A stretch of DNA of 64,000 nt from Candidatus Omnitrophota bacterium (GCA_041674705.1 JBAYVF010000001.1:65238-129237), one strand, 5' to 3'. Positions 1 through 9,404 are shown, counted from the stretch's first letter. Notes: generated by a model not told the origin, from the sequence alone. Translations and numbers: made by a program.

Positions 1-80
1 ACAGATTTTTAAATTTTTTGAAATAAGGAACTCTTTTTAAAACTTCGCCTAGAGGGGCTTCACCAGGGACGGCAATCCTG

Positions 81-110
81 CCGCGGGTTCGAAAGAACCC
101 GCGGTTTTTT
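81..110 (+). terminator. Rho-independent terminator of an upstream, off-window transcription unit
   Basis: GC-rich hairpin ccgcgggttc-gaaa-gaacccgcgg (81-104) followed directly by TTTTTT (105-110). Confidence 0.7.
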
Positions 111-178
111 GATCCCTAAGGGTGTTTCTTGCCGGGGTTCGGGCGGGAAATGCCGGATAAATAAAAAAAGGTAAAAGT

Positions 179-207
179 TTGACACCCTGAGGGGTTTTTG
201 CTATACT
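179..207 (+). promoter_or_regulatory. sigma70-type promoter of rplM-rpsI
   Basis: TTGACA (179-184), 17-nt spacer, TATACT (202-207). An A-rich tract lies upstream. The site is about 87 nt upstream of the rplM ATG. Confidence 0.6.
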
Positions 208-293
208 CCGCGGACTTTTCAATACACTTTGAGTCGCAAGAAGGTTTCTCGCCTTTCCGACTACCTGTTCCAAACTAAACAGAAAAGACAACA

Positions 294-722
294 ATGAAGA
301 CTTTTATCCCTACTGAAAAAGACATTGCGCGGAAGACTTATCTGATCGACGCCGACGGGAAGACTCTCGGACGGATGTCCACCAAGATCGCGTCCCTTTT
401 GATCGGCAAAGGCAAGACCTGCTTTCAGCCGGACAAACTCACCGGGGATCAAGTCATCGTGATCAACGCGAAAAAGGTCCACGTAACGGGGAACAAGAAG
501 GAAGACAAGATCTACACCCATTACACTGGTTTTTCGAGCGGTTTGAAGACCTATACCTATGAACAGCTCATGGAAAAGAACCCGGCCGAGATCATCATGA
601 GGGCCGTCAAGCGCATGCTTCCGAAGAACCGGATCGGCGATGTAATGCTCAAGAGACTCCGCGTTTATCCCGGCGTTGAACACCGGAATAAATCGCAACA
701 ACCCATTAAGATCGAGGTTTAA
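294..722 (+). CDS. rplM: 50S ribosomal protein L13
   Basis: 142-aa ORF whose N-terminal region (YLIDADGKTLGRMSTKIASLLIGK...) is typical of bacterial L13. It sits immediately upstream of S9, the conserved L13-S9 arrangement. Confidence 0.95.
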   Translation: MKTFIPTEKDIARKTYLIDADGKTLGRMSTKIASLLIGKGKTCFQPDKLTGDQVIVINAKKVHVTGNKKEDKIYTHYTGFSSGLKTYTYEQLMEKNPAEIIMRAVKRMLPKNRIGDVMLKRLRVYPGVEHRNKSQQPIKIEV

Positions 723-727
723 TCCGT

Positions 728-1126
728 ATGACCGCTCCCGCAACACTGATGTATGCCACAGGACGCCGTAAAACTGCCATTGCTCGCGTATGGGTTTTCC
801 CGGGTCAAAAAGGTTTTATCGTCAACGGGCAGGATTCCGCAAAATATCTGAAACGCGCGAACCTCCAGATGCTTGTGGAGCAGCCTCTCAAATCCGCAAA
901 TCTTCTCGGGCAGGTGCGTGTTCGCGCCCGCGTCCAGGGCGGCGGAGTCGCAGGCCAGGCTGGCGCGATCCAACTCGGGATCGCTCGTGCGATCGTTGGG
1001 CTGAACCCCGAAATGCGCGTCACGATGCGCAAGGGCGGTTTCATGACCCGCGACCCCAGAGAAAAAGAAAGAAAGAAACCGGGTCGTAAAGGCGCTCGCA
1101 GAAGCTTCCAGTTCACCAAGCGTTAA
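728..1126 (+). CDS. rpsI: 30S ribosomal protein S9
   Basis: 132-aa ORF containing ATGRRKTAIARV and the basic C-terminus PGRKGARRSFQFTKR, both characteristic of S9. Confidence 0.95.
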   Translation: MTAPATLMYATGRRKTAIARVWVFPGQKGFIVNGQDSAKYLKRANLQMLVEQPLKSANLLGQVRVRARVQGGGVAGQAGAIQLGIARAIVGLNPEMRVTMRKGGFMTRDPREKERKKPGRKGARRSFQFTKR

Positions 1127-1289
1127 TGCGGCCCGTCATTCTCGGGCTGTTTTTCCTCGCGCTCGTTTTTATCCTGTCCGGTTGCCAGGGATTCATGGAC
1201 GATTACAATTGCAATCCGGTAGGCGGGATGCCGTTAAGTTCGAATCAATAATCGCGAGGGGCGCCTTTCTATCCAAGAGATCAGGAGCC

Positions 1290-3770
1290 ATGAAAAAAAA
1301 ACAGGCGTTTCTGCTCGCGGCCGTTCTTTTCCTCGTTTTTTTTATCGCAGCCCTCTGGTTTCAAACCCATCGTCTTCTTCCCTCCGCAAAACTTCATGAA
1401 TTTCTGATCCAAAAAGTCCAGGCCCTCACCGAAGGCACTCTCAAATACCAGAACGCCCGTGTCGGTTATTTTCCCCAGCCGAAGATCGTTTTTGAAAACG
1501 CGCAATTGACCTTTTCAGATCACCCGCTTGTGGTGGAAGCGGAAAAGATCCAATTTGATTTTAATATCCTGCCCCTTCTTTTCGGACACGTGGAGCCCGC
1601 GGCTTTTTATGTGCAATCCGGAAAAGCGGAAGCTTCCTTCCCGGGCCTGGATTTTTTAAATCCGGTGCGTTTCGAAAATTTCTCGCTTCAGGTCGGGGCC
1701 GTTGGCCCGAAGATCCCTATCCCGTTCCGTTTTACTTCGGCCATGGCCGGAAAACCGGACGCGCTTGTGATCAAAGGGAACGTGGTGCTGGATTCTGTCG
1801 AAGAGTGGAACTGGGAGAAGGCGAGCGGGTCGATGGTGGTGGAACTCAAAGAGCTTTCGCTGGCGGGCGCCCGGGGGTTTGGCCCGGAACCGAAACGGGC
1901 TTTTTCTTTTAAGGGAGGCCAGATCGATACCTCCGTTGCGATCAAAAAAAAGGCAAAAGAGGCTTTCCTTGAATTGACGGCGACCGGGACCGGGAAGGGG
2001 CTTACGTATGAAGTGCCCCAGGAAAATGCCGGGGCTGCGGTGCCCGCGCTTGACGCGGAGTGGAATGTGTCGGCCGCGTGGAACAATGACACGGCGGAAC
2101 TCAAGCTTCACAAAGGGCTCGTGAAACTTCCCTTTGGCGCGATCGAAACCAACGGGAGCATGAAACTCAATACCGGAGAGATCAGCGGCATGCACGTGGC
2201 GGGTTCGAACATGGCGCTTGAAGATCTTCTGAAATATTGGCCGGGACTTGAAAAGGCGCTTCCTTTTCAAATCGGATTTTCCGGGCCCGGGAAGTGGGTT
2301 CTTTCGATGGAAGGCACGCTGGACCATCTTTCACTCCATTTTGGCTGGGACCTTGCCGAGGCGCTTCTTTCTTACGGGCAATATTTCACAAAACCCAAAG
2401 GCGTTCCGCTGGACCTGGATTTCGATCTCTTGCTTCAAAAAGGCGCCATGCTCGGCGGCGATTTTGCGGTGAAATTCAAGGAATTGAGCATGAAGGGGAA
2501 CCTGAAGGATCTGGACCTGAAGACCGGGGCGGGACAGCTCAATCTGATCACGAATAAATTTTCCATTATCGGGTGGGAACAATACATTCCCGCGCTTCAG
2601 GGTTACAAGCTCGAGGGAGATGCCAAGTTGATGGCGAATTGGAAAGGGGACCTTCGCAAGCTGGAGACCGCCGAACACATTTTTAATATTTCATTCGATA
2701 AGGCCTCCTGGACGATCCCCGACGGTCCGGGGTTCCGGAACGCCACACTTTCTCTGGATTACGGTCCGCTCATGCTGGAAGGCCGGCAAATGCAGTTTGA
2801 GATCGGCGGCGCCCGGGTCGTGGCCGATCTGAAGATCTCAGGATTTCCCGAAAGGCCGGAGATCGTCGTGAAAGCCTCTACGGGAGAATTAAAACCTTTG
2901 GAAGTTTGGCAGGCGGTCGCGAGTCTTTTAAAGCGTAAGGACGACGCTGCCGGGATGAGCGCCTACGCCACCGCAAAAGAATTTATTCAGAGGATCTTTC
3001 CCGAGGAGCAGATCCTTAAGAATGTCTCGGTCGATGTCCTCTACCAGAAAGATGTGTGGAATGTGCCGGCCCTTCAATTTGAAAGCTACGGCGGGAAAGC
3101 GGATCTTAAAGGAAAACTGGATCTAAGCGGCAAAGAGACGCAATACGGCCTCGAAGGCGAGTTCCAGGGCGTGGACCTTGGGCTTTTCCTGAACCGGAAG
3201 AACGCGGCCGAGAAAGTCCTTGAGGGAACCCTTCATCTTAAAGGTTCGGTGAAGGGGACCGGATGGGGACCGGAGACCTGGAGTAAATCCTTGGCGGGGC
3301 AAGGTGAGTGGACGCTCACGAACGGGAAGTTCCTGACTTTTGATCCCAAAGACGCTCTTTCGATGATCGAGCCTTTCAAGGACCTTGGGGCGATCCGGTC
3401 CACGCTCAAGGATTTTGACTCAATGAATTTCGCGTGGAAGATCTCGGAAGGCAAAGTCGCGACCGACAATCTGCTCGTCAAGAGCAAGGACTACGTTATG
3501 GACGGGGAGGGAACGCTCGGGTTTGACGGGCTCGCGAATTTCCGGATGGATGTGTTCTTGTCGAGCGAAATGGCGGAGAAATTATTGCCGGATATGGCCA
3601 AACCTTTTAAGAAAAACCCGGAAGCCCATCTGGGGCCTATCCCAACGCTGTTTTCCGGCTCCCTGCTTGCCCCTGAAGTAAAACCTGATCCCGCTCAGGC
3701 TGAAAAATTGAAAGAAAAGATCCGTAAAGGCAAGGTGAAGGATCTTCTTTGCGAGCTCGTGACGGAATAA
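1290..3770 (+). CDS. AsmA-family / large membrane-anchored periplasmic protein
   Basis: The ORF track starts at 1182. The ATG at 1290 (MKKKQAFLLAAVLFLVFFIAALW) has an AGGAG upstream and gives an N-terminal TM anchor. The long beta-rich body and C-terminal region (GEGTLGFDGLANFRMDVFLS) resemble AsmA-like proteins. Confidence 0.5.
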   Translation: MKKKQAFLLAAVLFLVFFIAALWFQTHRLLPSAKLHEFLIQKVQALTEGTLKYQNARVGYFPQPKIVFENAQLTFSDHPLVVEAEKIQFDFNILPLLFGHVEPAAFYVQSGKAEASFPGLDFLNPVRFENFSLQVGAVGPKIPIPFRFTSAMAGKPDALVIKGNVVLDSVEEWNWEKASGSMVVELKELSLAGARGFGPEPKRAFSFKGGQIDTSVAIKKKAKEAFLELTATGTGKGLTYEVPQENAGAAVPALDAEWNVSAAWNNDTAELKLHKGLVKLPFGAIETNGSMKLNTGEISGMHVAGSNMALEDLLKYWPGLEKALPFQIGFSGPGKWVLSMEGTLDHLSLHFGWDLAEALLSYGQYFTKPKGVPLDLDFDLLLQKGAMLGGDFAVKFKELSMKGNLKDLDLKTGAGQLNLITNKFSIIGWEQYIPALQGYKLEGDAKLMANWKGDLRKLETAEHIFNISFDKASWTIPDGPGFRNATLSLDYGPLMLEGRQMQFEIGGARVVADLKISGFPERPEIVVKASTGELKPLEVWQAVASLLKRKDDAAGMSAYATAKEFIQRIFPEEQILKNVSVDVLYQKDVWNVPALQFESYGGKADLKGKLDLSGKETQYGLEGEFQGVDLGLFLNRKNAAEKVLEGTLHLKGSVKGTGWGPETWSKSLAGQGEWTLTNGKFLTFDPKDALSMIEPFKDLGAIRSTLKDFDSMNFAWKISEGKVATDNLLVKSKDYVMDGEGTLGFDGLANFRMDVFLSSEMAEKLLPDMAKPFKKNPEAHLGPIPTLFSGSLLAPEVKPDPAQAEKLKEKIRKGKVKDLLCELVTE

Positions 3771-3794
3771 TGAAAATAAAGTAGCCTGTCCCCT

Positions 3795-4595
3795 TTATTT
3801 TGACGCGCGTCGCCGGCCCCGGCTGCGCGATTTTTCTTTTTTGAATTCTTTCCTCAGACGTACGATCAAAGCTCTCGCCGCCAAGACCTCGGATTCTCGT
3901 TTGATCTTGTGAAGGGCCGAGGCTTTCCGTTTTCCCCCCGCCGAAACCGTGGTCTTGACGCCTTTTTCGGAGAAGGCGTGCGTGTATTCGGGGAGTTTCT
4001 GCCATTTTTTCAAGGTCATCTCCTGAAGCGTGCTTTTGGGATTCGGGTCAAGGCGGAAAAGAAGCTTGGGATCGAAGTATTTTTTGAAGTGTTTCAGGAT
4101 GAACGCCTCGACCTTGACGTGGCCTTGATCAAAATAGACCGCGGCAAAAAGCGCCTCGAGCGCGTCGGTCAGCAATTTAGCCTTGAGGAAGTCCTTGAAA
4201 TTCTGGCGAAGGTTTTTGCTGATCAAAAGGACCTGGTGGAGCTTCATGGTTTGCGCGATGCGGCTCAGGATCTTTTGGGACACGAGGATCGAACGAAGTT
4301 TTGAGAGCATGCCTTCGTCGGCTTCGGGGAATTTTTCGAATAATTTCTGGCAAATGACTTCGTTTAAGATGGAATCTCCGAGGAACTCCAGCCGGTCAAA
4401 ATCCTCGAGCCCCTTCGTGATGCGGAAGTTCTCGTTCCGGAAGGAAGGGTGCGTTAAGGCCGCGCGGTAGACCGTCAGGGATCTTACCGGGAATCCAAGG
4501 ACTTTACGCAAAGAGGCCTTGCTGTGAGGATCTTTGGGGGATATTGGCTTTGGCATGTGCGTACCATAGTCATATTTTGCCATAAAATCAATCAC
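3795..4595 (-). CDS. rnc: Ribonuclease III
   Basis: Contains the RNase III signature FDRLEFLGDSILN, a catalytic-domain acidic residue region (DALEALFAAVYFD) and a C-terminal dsRBD-like segment. The start is uncertain (Met at 4595, 4583 or 4556). The protein has a basic C-terminal tail. Confidence 0.85.
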   Translation of the reverse strand: MIDFMAKYDYGTHMPKPISPKDPHSKASLRKVLGFPVRSLTVYRAALTHPSFRNENFRITKGLEDFDRLEFLGDSILNEVICQKLFEKFPEADEGMLSKLRSILVSQKILSRIAQTMKLHQVLLISKNLRQNFKDFLKAKLLTDALEALFAAVYFDQGHVKVEAFILKHFKKYFDPKLLFRLDPNPKSTLQEMTLKKWQKLPEYTHAFSEKGVKTTVSAGGKRKASALHKIKRESEVLAARALIVRLRKEFKKEKSRSRGRRRASK

Positions 4596-4622
4596 TATTT
4601 GGTGTTACGGCTATTAGGGGCT

Positions 4623-4689
4623 AAGGTGTACGGCGTACGGAGTACGGCTAGAAAGATTCCGCTTGGCGCCGTACGCCTTACACCGTACG
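4623..4689. repeat. Word-hairpin element (GTACGG family) between divergent rnc and argC
   Basis: Left arm aaggtgtacggcgtacggagtacgg and right arm cgccgtacgccttacaccgtacg are imperfectly complementary. Both arms are made of tandem GTACGGnG / CnCCGTAC words. Confidence 0.8.
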
Positions 4690-4707
4690 AATTCGTAACT
4701 TCTTAAA

Positions 4708-4736
4708 TTGACAAAGGATAGAGCCATTTCTATAAT
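4708..4736 (+). promoter_or_regulatory. Consensus sigma70 promoter of the arg operon
   Basis: TTGACA (4708-4713), exactly 17 nt, TATAAT (4731-4736). This supports the argC start at 4786 rather than the ORF-track start at 4708. Confidence 0.75.
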
Positions 4737-4785
4737 ACCGAACTCATCGGTTTATAACGTCCTTAAAGGAGAAAAAGACACTCAA

Positions 4786-5892
4786 ATGTTGAATTGTGCG
4801 GTTCTTGGCGCCACGGGGTATACCGGAGCCGAACTCACGAAGCTGCTTCTGGCCCATCCCCACGTCCGGGTCACCCTCTTGACCACCCGGCAGGAAAAAC
4901 CCATTGCCCTTCGCGAAGTCCTGCCGTCGGTCGCAAAAGATATGACTCTCGAGATCACGCCCTACTCCTTCGATCAGGTGAAGAAAAAGGCGGATGTGGT
5001 CTTTTTGTGCCTGCCTCACACCGAGGCGATGACCGCGGCCGAACAGCTTCTCGGAGCCGGCAAGGTGGTGATCGATCTTTCCGCGGATTTTCGCCTGAGA
5101 GATAAAAAGATCTATGAAAAATGGTATGGGGTAAATCACGTCGCGCCCCAGTATCTTTCCAAGGCCGTGTATGGGCTTTGCGAAGTGAATAAGGAAAAGA
5201 TCAAAAAAGCGGATCTGATCGCGAACCCCGGCTGCTATCCCACAGGGCCGTCCTTGGCGCTGATCCCTTTGTTGAAGAAAAAACTGATCGACCCCAGGTC
5301 CATCATCATCAATGCGGCTTCGGGTGTGAGCGGCGCCGGGAAAAAGCTTGTGACGGCGACTCATTTTTGCGAGGCGGCCGAGAATTACAGCGCCTATAAG
5401 GTGAATAAGCATCAGCATATCCCCGAGATCGAACAGACGCTTTCGGAGGCGGCCGGAAAACCCGTCAAGATCACATTTGTGCCGCACTTATTGCCCGTGA
5501 ACCGGGGTATTCTTGCGACGATCTATGTCGAAGCGACGGGAAAAGCGACGGTCCCAATACCAATCAATCGGAGCAAAGCGGAGATTGGGGTCGTCCCCGT
5601 CAACCATTTAGGAAATAAAGTCAAGACGGGGACGGAATCTCTGATCCGGAAGACTCTGGAAACGGCTTACGCCAAGGCGCCGTTCGTCAGGATCAAGCCC
5701 GCGGGACAATACCCGTGCCTGAAGGATGTGCAGCACACGAATTTTTGCGATGTGGGTGTGAGTGTCAATGAGGAAACCGGTCGGGTCGTGATCATCACCG
5801 CGATCGATAATCTCGTCAAAGGCGCGGCCGGCCAGGCGGTGCAGAACATGAACCTCCGGTTCGGTTTTCCGGAAGAAGCGGGGCTTTTGTAA
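4786..5892 (+). CDS. argC: N-acetyl-gamma-glutamyl-phosphate reductase
   Basis: MLNCAVLGATGYTGAEL Rossmann N-terminus, the active-site region NPGCYPTG, and a C-terminal DNLVKGAAGQAVQNMN. The gene carries an extra roughly 28-aa segment (see repeat 5547-5635). Confidence 0.9.
   Translation: MLNCAVLGATGYTGAELTKLLLAHPHVRVTLLTTRQEKPIALREVLPSVAKDMTLEITPYSFDQVKKKADVVFLCLPHTEAMTAAEQLLGAGKVVIDLSADFRLRDKKIYEKWYGVNHVAPQYLSKAVYGLCEVNKEKIKKADLIANPGCYPTGPSLALIPLLKKKLIDPRSIIINAASGVSGAGKKLVTATHFCEAAENYSAYKVNKHQHIPEIEQTLSEAAGKPVKITFVPHLLPVNRGILATIYVEATGKATVPIPINRSKAEIGVVPVNHLGNKVKTGTESLIRKTLETAYAKAPFVRIKPAGQYPCLKDVQHTNFCDVGVSVNEETGRVVIITAIDNLVKGAAGQAVQNMNLRFGFPEEAGLL
5547..5635. repeat. In-frame palindromic insertion inside argC
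   Basis: Two adjacent hairpins. The first is cccaat/ccaatc ... gattgggg (5553-5590). The second is a perfect 9-nt inverted repeat GTCCCCGTC (5593-5601) / GACGGGGAC (5625-5633). Together they encode TVPIPINRSKAEIGVVPVNHLGNKVKTG, which I do not recall in ArgC proteins. Confidence 0.6.
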
Positions 5893-5893
5893 T

Positions 5894-7114
5894 ATGAAGA
5901 AACCTTTTTGGAAAAAAGAGAAGAACGGTTCGGTGACCACGCCGAAGGGTTTTGTGGCCGGGGGCATTCACGCCGGGATCAAAAAGAAAAAGAAAAAATA
6001 CGACGTCTCCCTGACTTATTCCAAAACACCGTGCGTTGCCGCCGGGACTTTTACCACCAATCGCGCGAAGGCGTGGCCGGTGATCTATTCGATGAAAGCC
6101 ATTCACGCCTCGAAGCATCACGCGATCCTCGGGCCGAGCGGGAACGCCAACTGCCTGAACGGTCCGATCGGCAAGAAAGCGGTCGATGAGCTGACATGGG
6201 AAGCGGCGAAATGCCTGGACGTTCTGCCTCAGGAGATCCTGCTCGCGCAGACGGGGATCATCGGGGTTCCTTTCCCGATCACCTGCGTGAAACGGGCGAT
6301 GCCAAAACTTGTGAAGCGTCTTTCTGAAACCGGCGGCCACGGCGCGGCCAAAGGGATCCTGACGACCGATCTTTCCAGTAAAGAGATCGCGCTCTCGGTG
6401 GAACTGGGAGGAAAAAAAGTCACGATCGCGGCATGCGCGAAGGGCGCCGGGATGGTGCATCCCAATATGGCGACCATGCTTTGCTTTATCACGACCGATT
6501 GCGCGATCACGAAATCGCTTCTCCGGCGGGCGGTGCGCCACGCGGCGGATGATACGTTCAACCAGATGGCGATCGACAATGACATGAGCACGAACGATAT
6601 GGTGCTTTGCCTCGCGAACGGGGAAGCGGGAAATCCTCCGATCCAGAAGATCGGCAAGGATTACTGGATGTTCCGGGAAACCCTGGAAGAAGTCATGCGC
6701 TATATTGCCCACGAAATGGTGACGGACGGCGAGGGCGTGACGCATGTATGCCGGCTCCGGCTCTCGGGCGCGAAGACGCCTACGGACGCCGAACGGGCCG
6801 CGCGGCAGATCGCCAACTCCATGCTTTTCAAGACCATGCTTGCGGGATCGAACCCGAACTGGGGTCGCATCGCGGCCGCGGTCGGCGCCAGCGGCGTGGA
6901 TTTCAATCCCAACCATCTGAGCATCTGGTTCGGGGACGCGCAAGTGGTCAACCTGGGAAGATTGCGGGTCTTGAATCTTCCGAAGGCGCGGCGCATTCTG
7001 CAGAAAAAAGAATACACGATCGATGTCGTGATCGGAAAGGGCCGCGGGCGGGCGGAGTTCATCACCTGCGATCTCACGACGAAGTACGTGTTGATCAACG
7101 CTGCATACTCCTAA
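5894..7114 (+). CDS. argJ: Bifunctional ornithine acetyltransferase / N-acetylglutamate synthase
   Basis: 406-aa ORF containing the ArgJ autoproteolysis region PNMATMLCFITTDC. Located in the arg operon, 1 nt after the argC stop. Confidence 0.9.
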   Translation: MKKPFWKKEKNGSVTTPKGFVAGGIHAGIKKKKKKYDVSLTYSKTPCVAAGTFTTNRAKAWPVIYSMKAIHASKHHAILGPSGNANCLNGPIGKKAVDELTWEAAKCLDVLPQEILLAQTGIIGVPFPITCVKRAMPKLVKRLSETGGHGAAKGILTTDLSSKEIALSVELGGKKVTIAACAKGAGMVHPNMATMLCFITTDCAITKSLLRRAVRHAADDTFNQMAIDNDMSTNDMVLCLANGEAGNPPIQKIGKDYWMFRETLEEVMRYIAHEMVTDGEGVTHVCRLRLSGAKTPTDAERAARQIANSMLFKTMLAGSNPNWGRIAAAVGASGVDFNPNHLSIWFGDAQVVNLGRLRVLNLPKARRILQKKEYTIDVVIGKGRGRAEFITCDLTTKYVLINAAYS

Positions 7115-7122
7115 AAAAGGAA

Positions 7123-7191
7123 AGAGCGGATAGCGTAGAGCGTATAGGAAAAAAGTTTTTTCTAAACGCCGAACGCTCCACCCTCTACGCT
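7123..7191. repeat. Word-hairpin element (AGCGTAGAGCG family), argJ|argB junction
   Basis: agagcggatagcgtagagcgtatagg ... taaacgccgaacgctccaccctctacgct. The arms are imperfectly complementary and the loop is A/T-rich. Confidence 0.75.
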
Positions 7192-7197
7192 AAAAAA

Positions 7198-8052
7198 ATG
7201 AAAGAATACATCGAAAAAGCGCAGGCCCTGGTCGAGGCGCTTCCTTACATCCAGAAATTCCGCGGTAAAGAGATCCTGATCAAGTACGGTGGCGCGGCCC
7301 TGACCTATCAGGAAGTCCGTGACATGGTGCTCCAGGACCTTGTCTTCATGAGCTATGTCGGGATCCGGCCCATTCTCATTCACGGCGGCGGAAAATTCAT
7401 CACCGATGCCATGAAGAAAAAAGGCGTCCAGAGCCAGTTCGTGAACGGACTCCGCGTGACGGACAAGGCGACGATCGAGGTCGTCAACGAAACCCTGGCC
7501 GAGCTCAACAAGAGCATTGTCCATGATATCGAACGCCTCGGCGGCTCCGCGGTCGGACTCTCCGGGTACGATGCCGAGATCCTGAACGTGGTGAAACACA
7601 CCGAGAACGGCGACGTAGGTTTTGTCGGCGATGTGTCTTCCGTGAATACGGTGCTTCTCAAGGAACTCACGGAGTTCGGAAGGATCCCGGTGATCTTTCC
7701 GGTGGGAAAAGGTCCGGACGGTGAAATGTATAACGTGAACGCGGACGAGGCGGCGGCCAATATCGCGGCCGCCATGCACGTGCCGAAATTCATGGTACTT
7801 ACCAACGTCAAAGGGATCCTCCGGGACCCCGCCCATGAAGAGACGCTGATCCCTTCGCTTCGCGTGAGCGAGACGCAGCAACTGATCGATCAGAAGATCA
7901 TCACGGGGGGCATGATCCCTAAGGTGAAGGCCTGTATCGACGCGCTTCAAGGCGGCGTCCAAAAAGCGCATATCATCGATGGCCGGATCACACACGCCCT
8001 TTTGCTCGAAATTTTTACCGATCAAGGGATCGGAACGGAGATAACGCTCTAG
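7198..8052 (+). CDS. argB: Acetylglutamate kinase
   Basis: The true start is the ATG at 7198 (MKEYIEKAQALVEALPYIQKFRGKEILIKYGGAAL). The upstream extension in the ORF track (from 6607) overlaps argJ. Amino-acid-kinase motifs (HGGG, NVNAD) are present. Confidence 0.9.
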   Translation: MKEYIEKAQALVEALPYIQKFRGKEILIKYGGAALTYQEVRDMVLQDLVFMSYVGIRPILIHGGGKFITDAMKKKGVQSQFVNGLRVTDKATIEVVNETLAELNKSIVHDIERLGGSAVGLSGYDAEILNVVKHTENGDVGFVGDVSSVNTVLLKELTEFGRIPVIFPVGKGPDGEMYNVNADEAAANIAAAMHVPKFMVLTNVKGILRDPAHEETLIPSLRVSETQQLIDQKIITGGMIPKVKACIDALQGGVQKAHIIDGRITHALLLEIFTDQGIGTEITL

Positions 8053-8116
8053 CGGATAGCGCAGAGCGTGGAGAGAATAGAAAAAACTCTACGCTAAACG
8101 CTCCCCGCTGTACGCT
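8051..8116. repeat. Word-hairpin element (AGCGCAGAGCG family), argB|argD junction
   Basis: agcggatagcgcagagcgtggagag ... ctctacgctaaacgctccccgctgtacgct. Same word family as 7123-7191. Confidence 0.75.
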
Positions 8117-8123
8117 AAAAATT

Positions 8124-9317
8124 ATGAAAACAGCCGACGTTCAAAAATTGTACGAACAATACGTGATGCCGACCTACACCCGGGTGCCGGTGTGCCTGGT
8201 CAAAGGGAAAGGCACGCGTGTCTGGGACCTTGAAGGAAAAGAGTATCTCGATTTCTTCCCCGGCTGGGCGGTTTCCGGGATCGGCCACTGCCATCCGGTC
8301 GTGGTGAACGCGATCAAGGAGCAGGCGAAAAAGATCCTCCATATCTCGAATAATTTTTTTAATATCAAGCAGGCCGAGCTCGCGAAGACCATTTCCGAGG
8401 CGTCTTTTCCGTCGCGCGTGTTTTTCTGTAATAGCGGCGCCGAGGCGAACGAAGGCGCGATCAAATTCGCCAAAAAGTACGGGAACGAGACCGGACGCTT
8501 TGAGATCATCACCATGAAGAATTCTTTTCACGGGAGAACGCTTGCCGCGATGAGAGCCACGGGACAGGAGAAATTCCACCAGGGTTTTCAGCCGCTCATG
8601 GAAAAATTCCTCCACGCGGATTTCAACGACCTGGAGTCGGTCAAAAAACTTGTGACCGACAAAACGATCGCGATCATGCTGGAGCCGATCCAGGGAGAAG
8701 GCGGGGTCTCCGTGGCGACCCAGGAGTTTCTCCGGGGCCTGCGGAAGCTTTGCGATGAAAAAGACATGCTTCTCATCCTGGATGAAGTGCAGACCGGCGT
8801 GGGCCGCACGGGAAAAATGTTCGCGTACCAGCATTACGATCTCGAACCGGATATCATGACGCTCGCCAAGACCTTGGGCGGCGGAGTTCCGATCGGAGCT
8901 TTTGTCGTGAACCGGAAGATCAAAAAAGAAGTGTTGACCACCGGCATGCACGGCTCAACTTTCGGCGGGAACCCGCTTGTGTGCGCGGCGAGCCTCGCGG
9001 TCTTCAAGGCGATCAAAAAAGAAAAGTTGCTCACGAACACGATTCGCATGGGAGAACTTCTCGAACAGGAATTCCAGAAGCTCAAAGCAAAATATCCCGT
9101 GATCGAAAGCACGCGGGGCATTGGGCTCATGCGGGGCCTGAAGCTCAAGGAGCCCTCCGCGCCTTACGCGGATGAAGCGCGCGCTCAAGGGTTTCTTATC
9201 AACGCGACGCAAGGCGATATCCTGAGGATCATGCCTCCGATGACGGTTTCAGTTAAAGAGATCAAACTCGGTATGAAGATTTTAGACCGTGTGTTCGCGA
9301 AATTAATGAAGAAATAA
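8124..9317 (+). CDS. argD: Acetylornithine aminotransferase (class III PLP aminotransferase)
   Basis: 397-aa ORF with NSGAEANEGAIKFA, LILDEVQTGVGRTGKMFA and TLAKTLGGGVPIGA (PLP-lysine region). Arg operon context. Confidence 0.9.
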   Translation: MKTADVQKLYEQYVMPTYTRVPVCLVKGKGTRVWDLEGKEYLDFFPGWAVSGIGHCHPVVVNAIKEQAKKILHISNNFFNIKQAELAKTISEASFPSRVFFCNSGAEANEGAIKFAKKYGNETGRFEIITMKNSFHGRTLAAMRATGQEKFHQGFQPLMEKFLHADFNDLESVKKLVTDKTIAIMLEPIQGEGGVSVATQEFLRGLRKLCDEKDMLLILDEVQTGVGRTGKMFAYQHYDLEPDIMTLAKTLGGGVPIGAFVVNRKIKKEVLTTGMHGSTFGGNPLVCAASLAVFKAIKKEKLLTNTIRMGELLEQEFQKLKAKYPVIESTRGIGLMRGLKLKEPSAPYADEARAQGFLINATQGDILRIMPPMTVSVKEIKLGMKILDRVFAKLMKK

Positions 9318-9323
9318 ATGTAT

Positions 9324-9384
9324 GTCATTCCCGCGAAGGCGGGAATCCAGAAGTGGATCCCCGATAGAAGCATTCGGGGATGAC
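9324..9384. repeat. GTCAT...ATGAC nested palindromic element, copy 1
   Basis: gtcattcccgcgaaggcgggaatccagaagtggatccccgatagaagcattcggggatgac. It has terminal inverted repeats plus two internal hairpins. Located at the argD|argF junction. Confidence 0.85.
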
Positions 9385-9404
9385 GTGATGAAAAGGGGTT
9401 ATGC

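Noticed and set aside
1-80. Possible 3' end of an upstream gene or a small RNA at the window start.
   Set aside because: It is too short and AT-rich to evaluate. Only the terminator hairpin at 81-110 is supportable.
5816-6943. 375-aa minus-strand ORF opposite argJ. Similar long antisense ORFs occur at 7162-8025, 8115-8951, 12275-13036, 13424-14431, 28868-29878, 29760-30647, 31589-32605, 33234-33983, 35647-36360, 36369-37229, 57596-59029, 60570-61673 and 62633-63538.
   Set aside because: They lie opposite confidently identified genes. Their products are Arg/Gly/Pro/His-rich with no motifs. Such shadow ORFs are expected in GC-rich coding DNA.
6607-7197. N-terminal 197-codon extension of the argB ORF.
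   Set aside because: It overlaps the argJ coding sequence and a hairpin repeat in another frame. Its composition is Arg/Gly-rich nonsense. The canonical ArgB N-terminus begins at ATG 7198.
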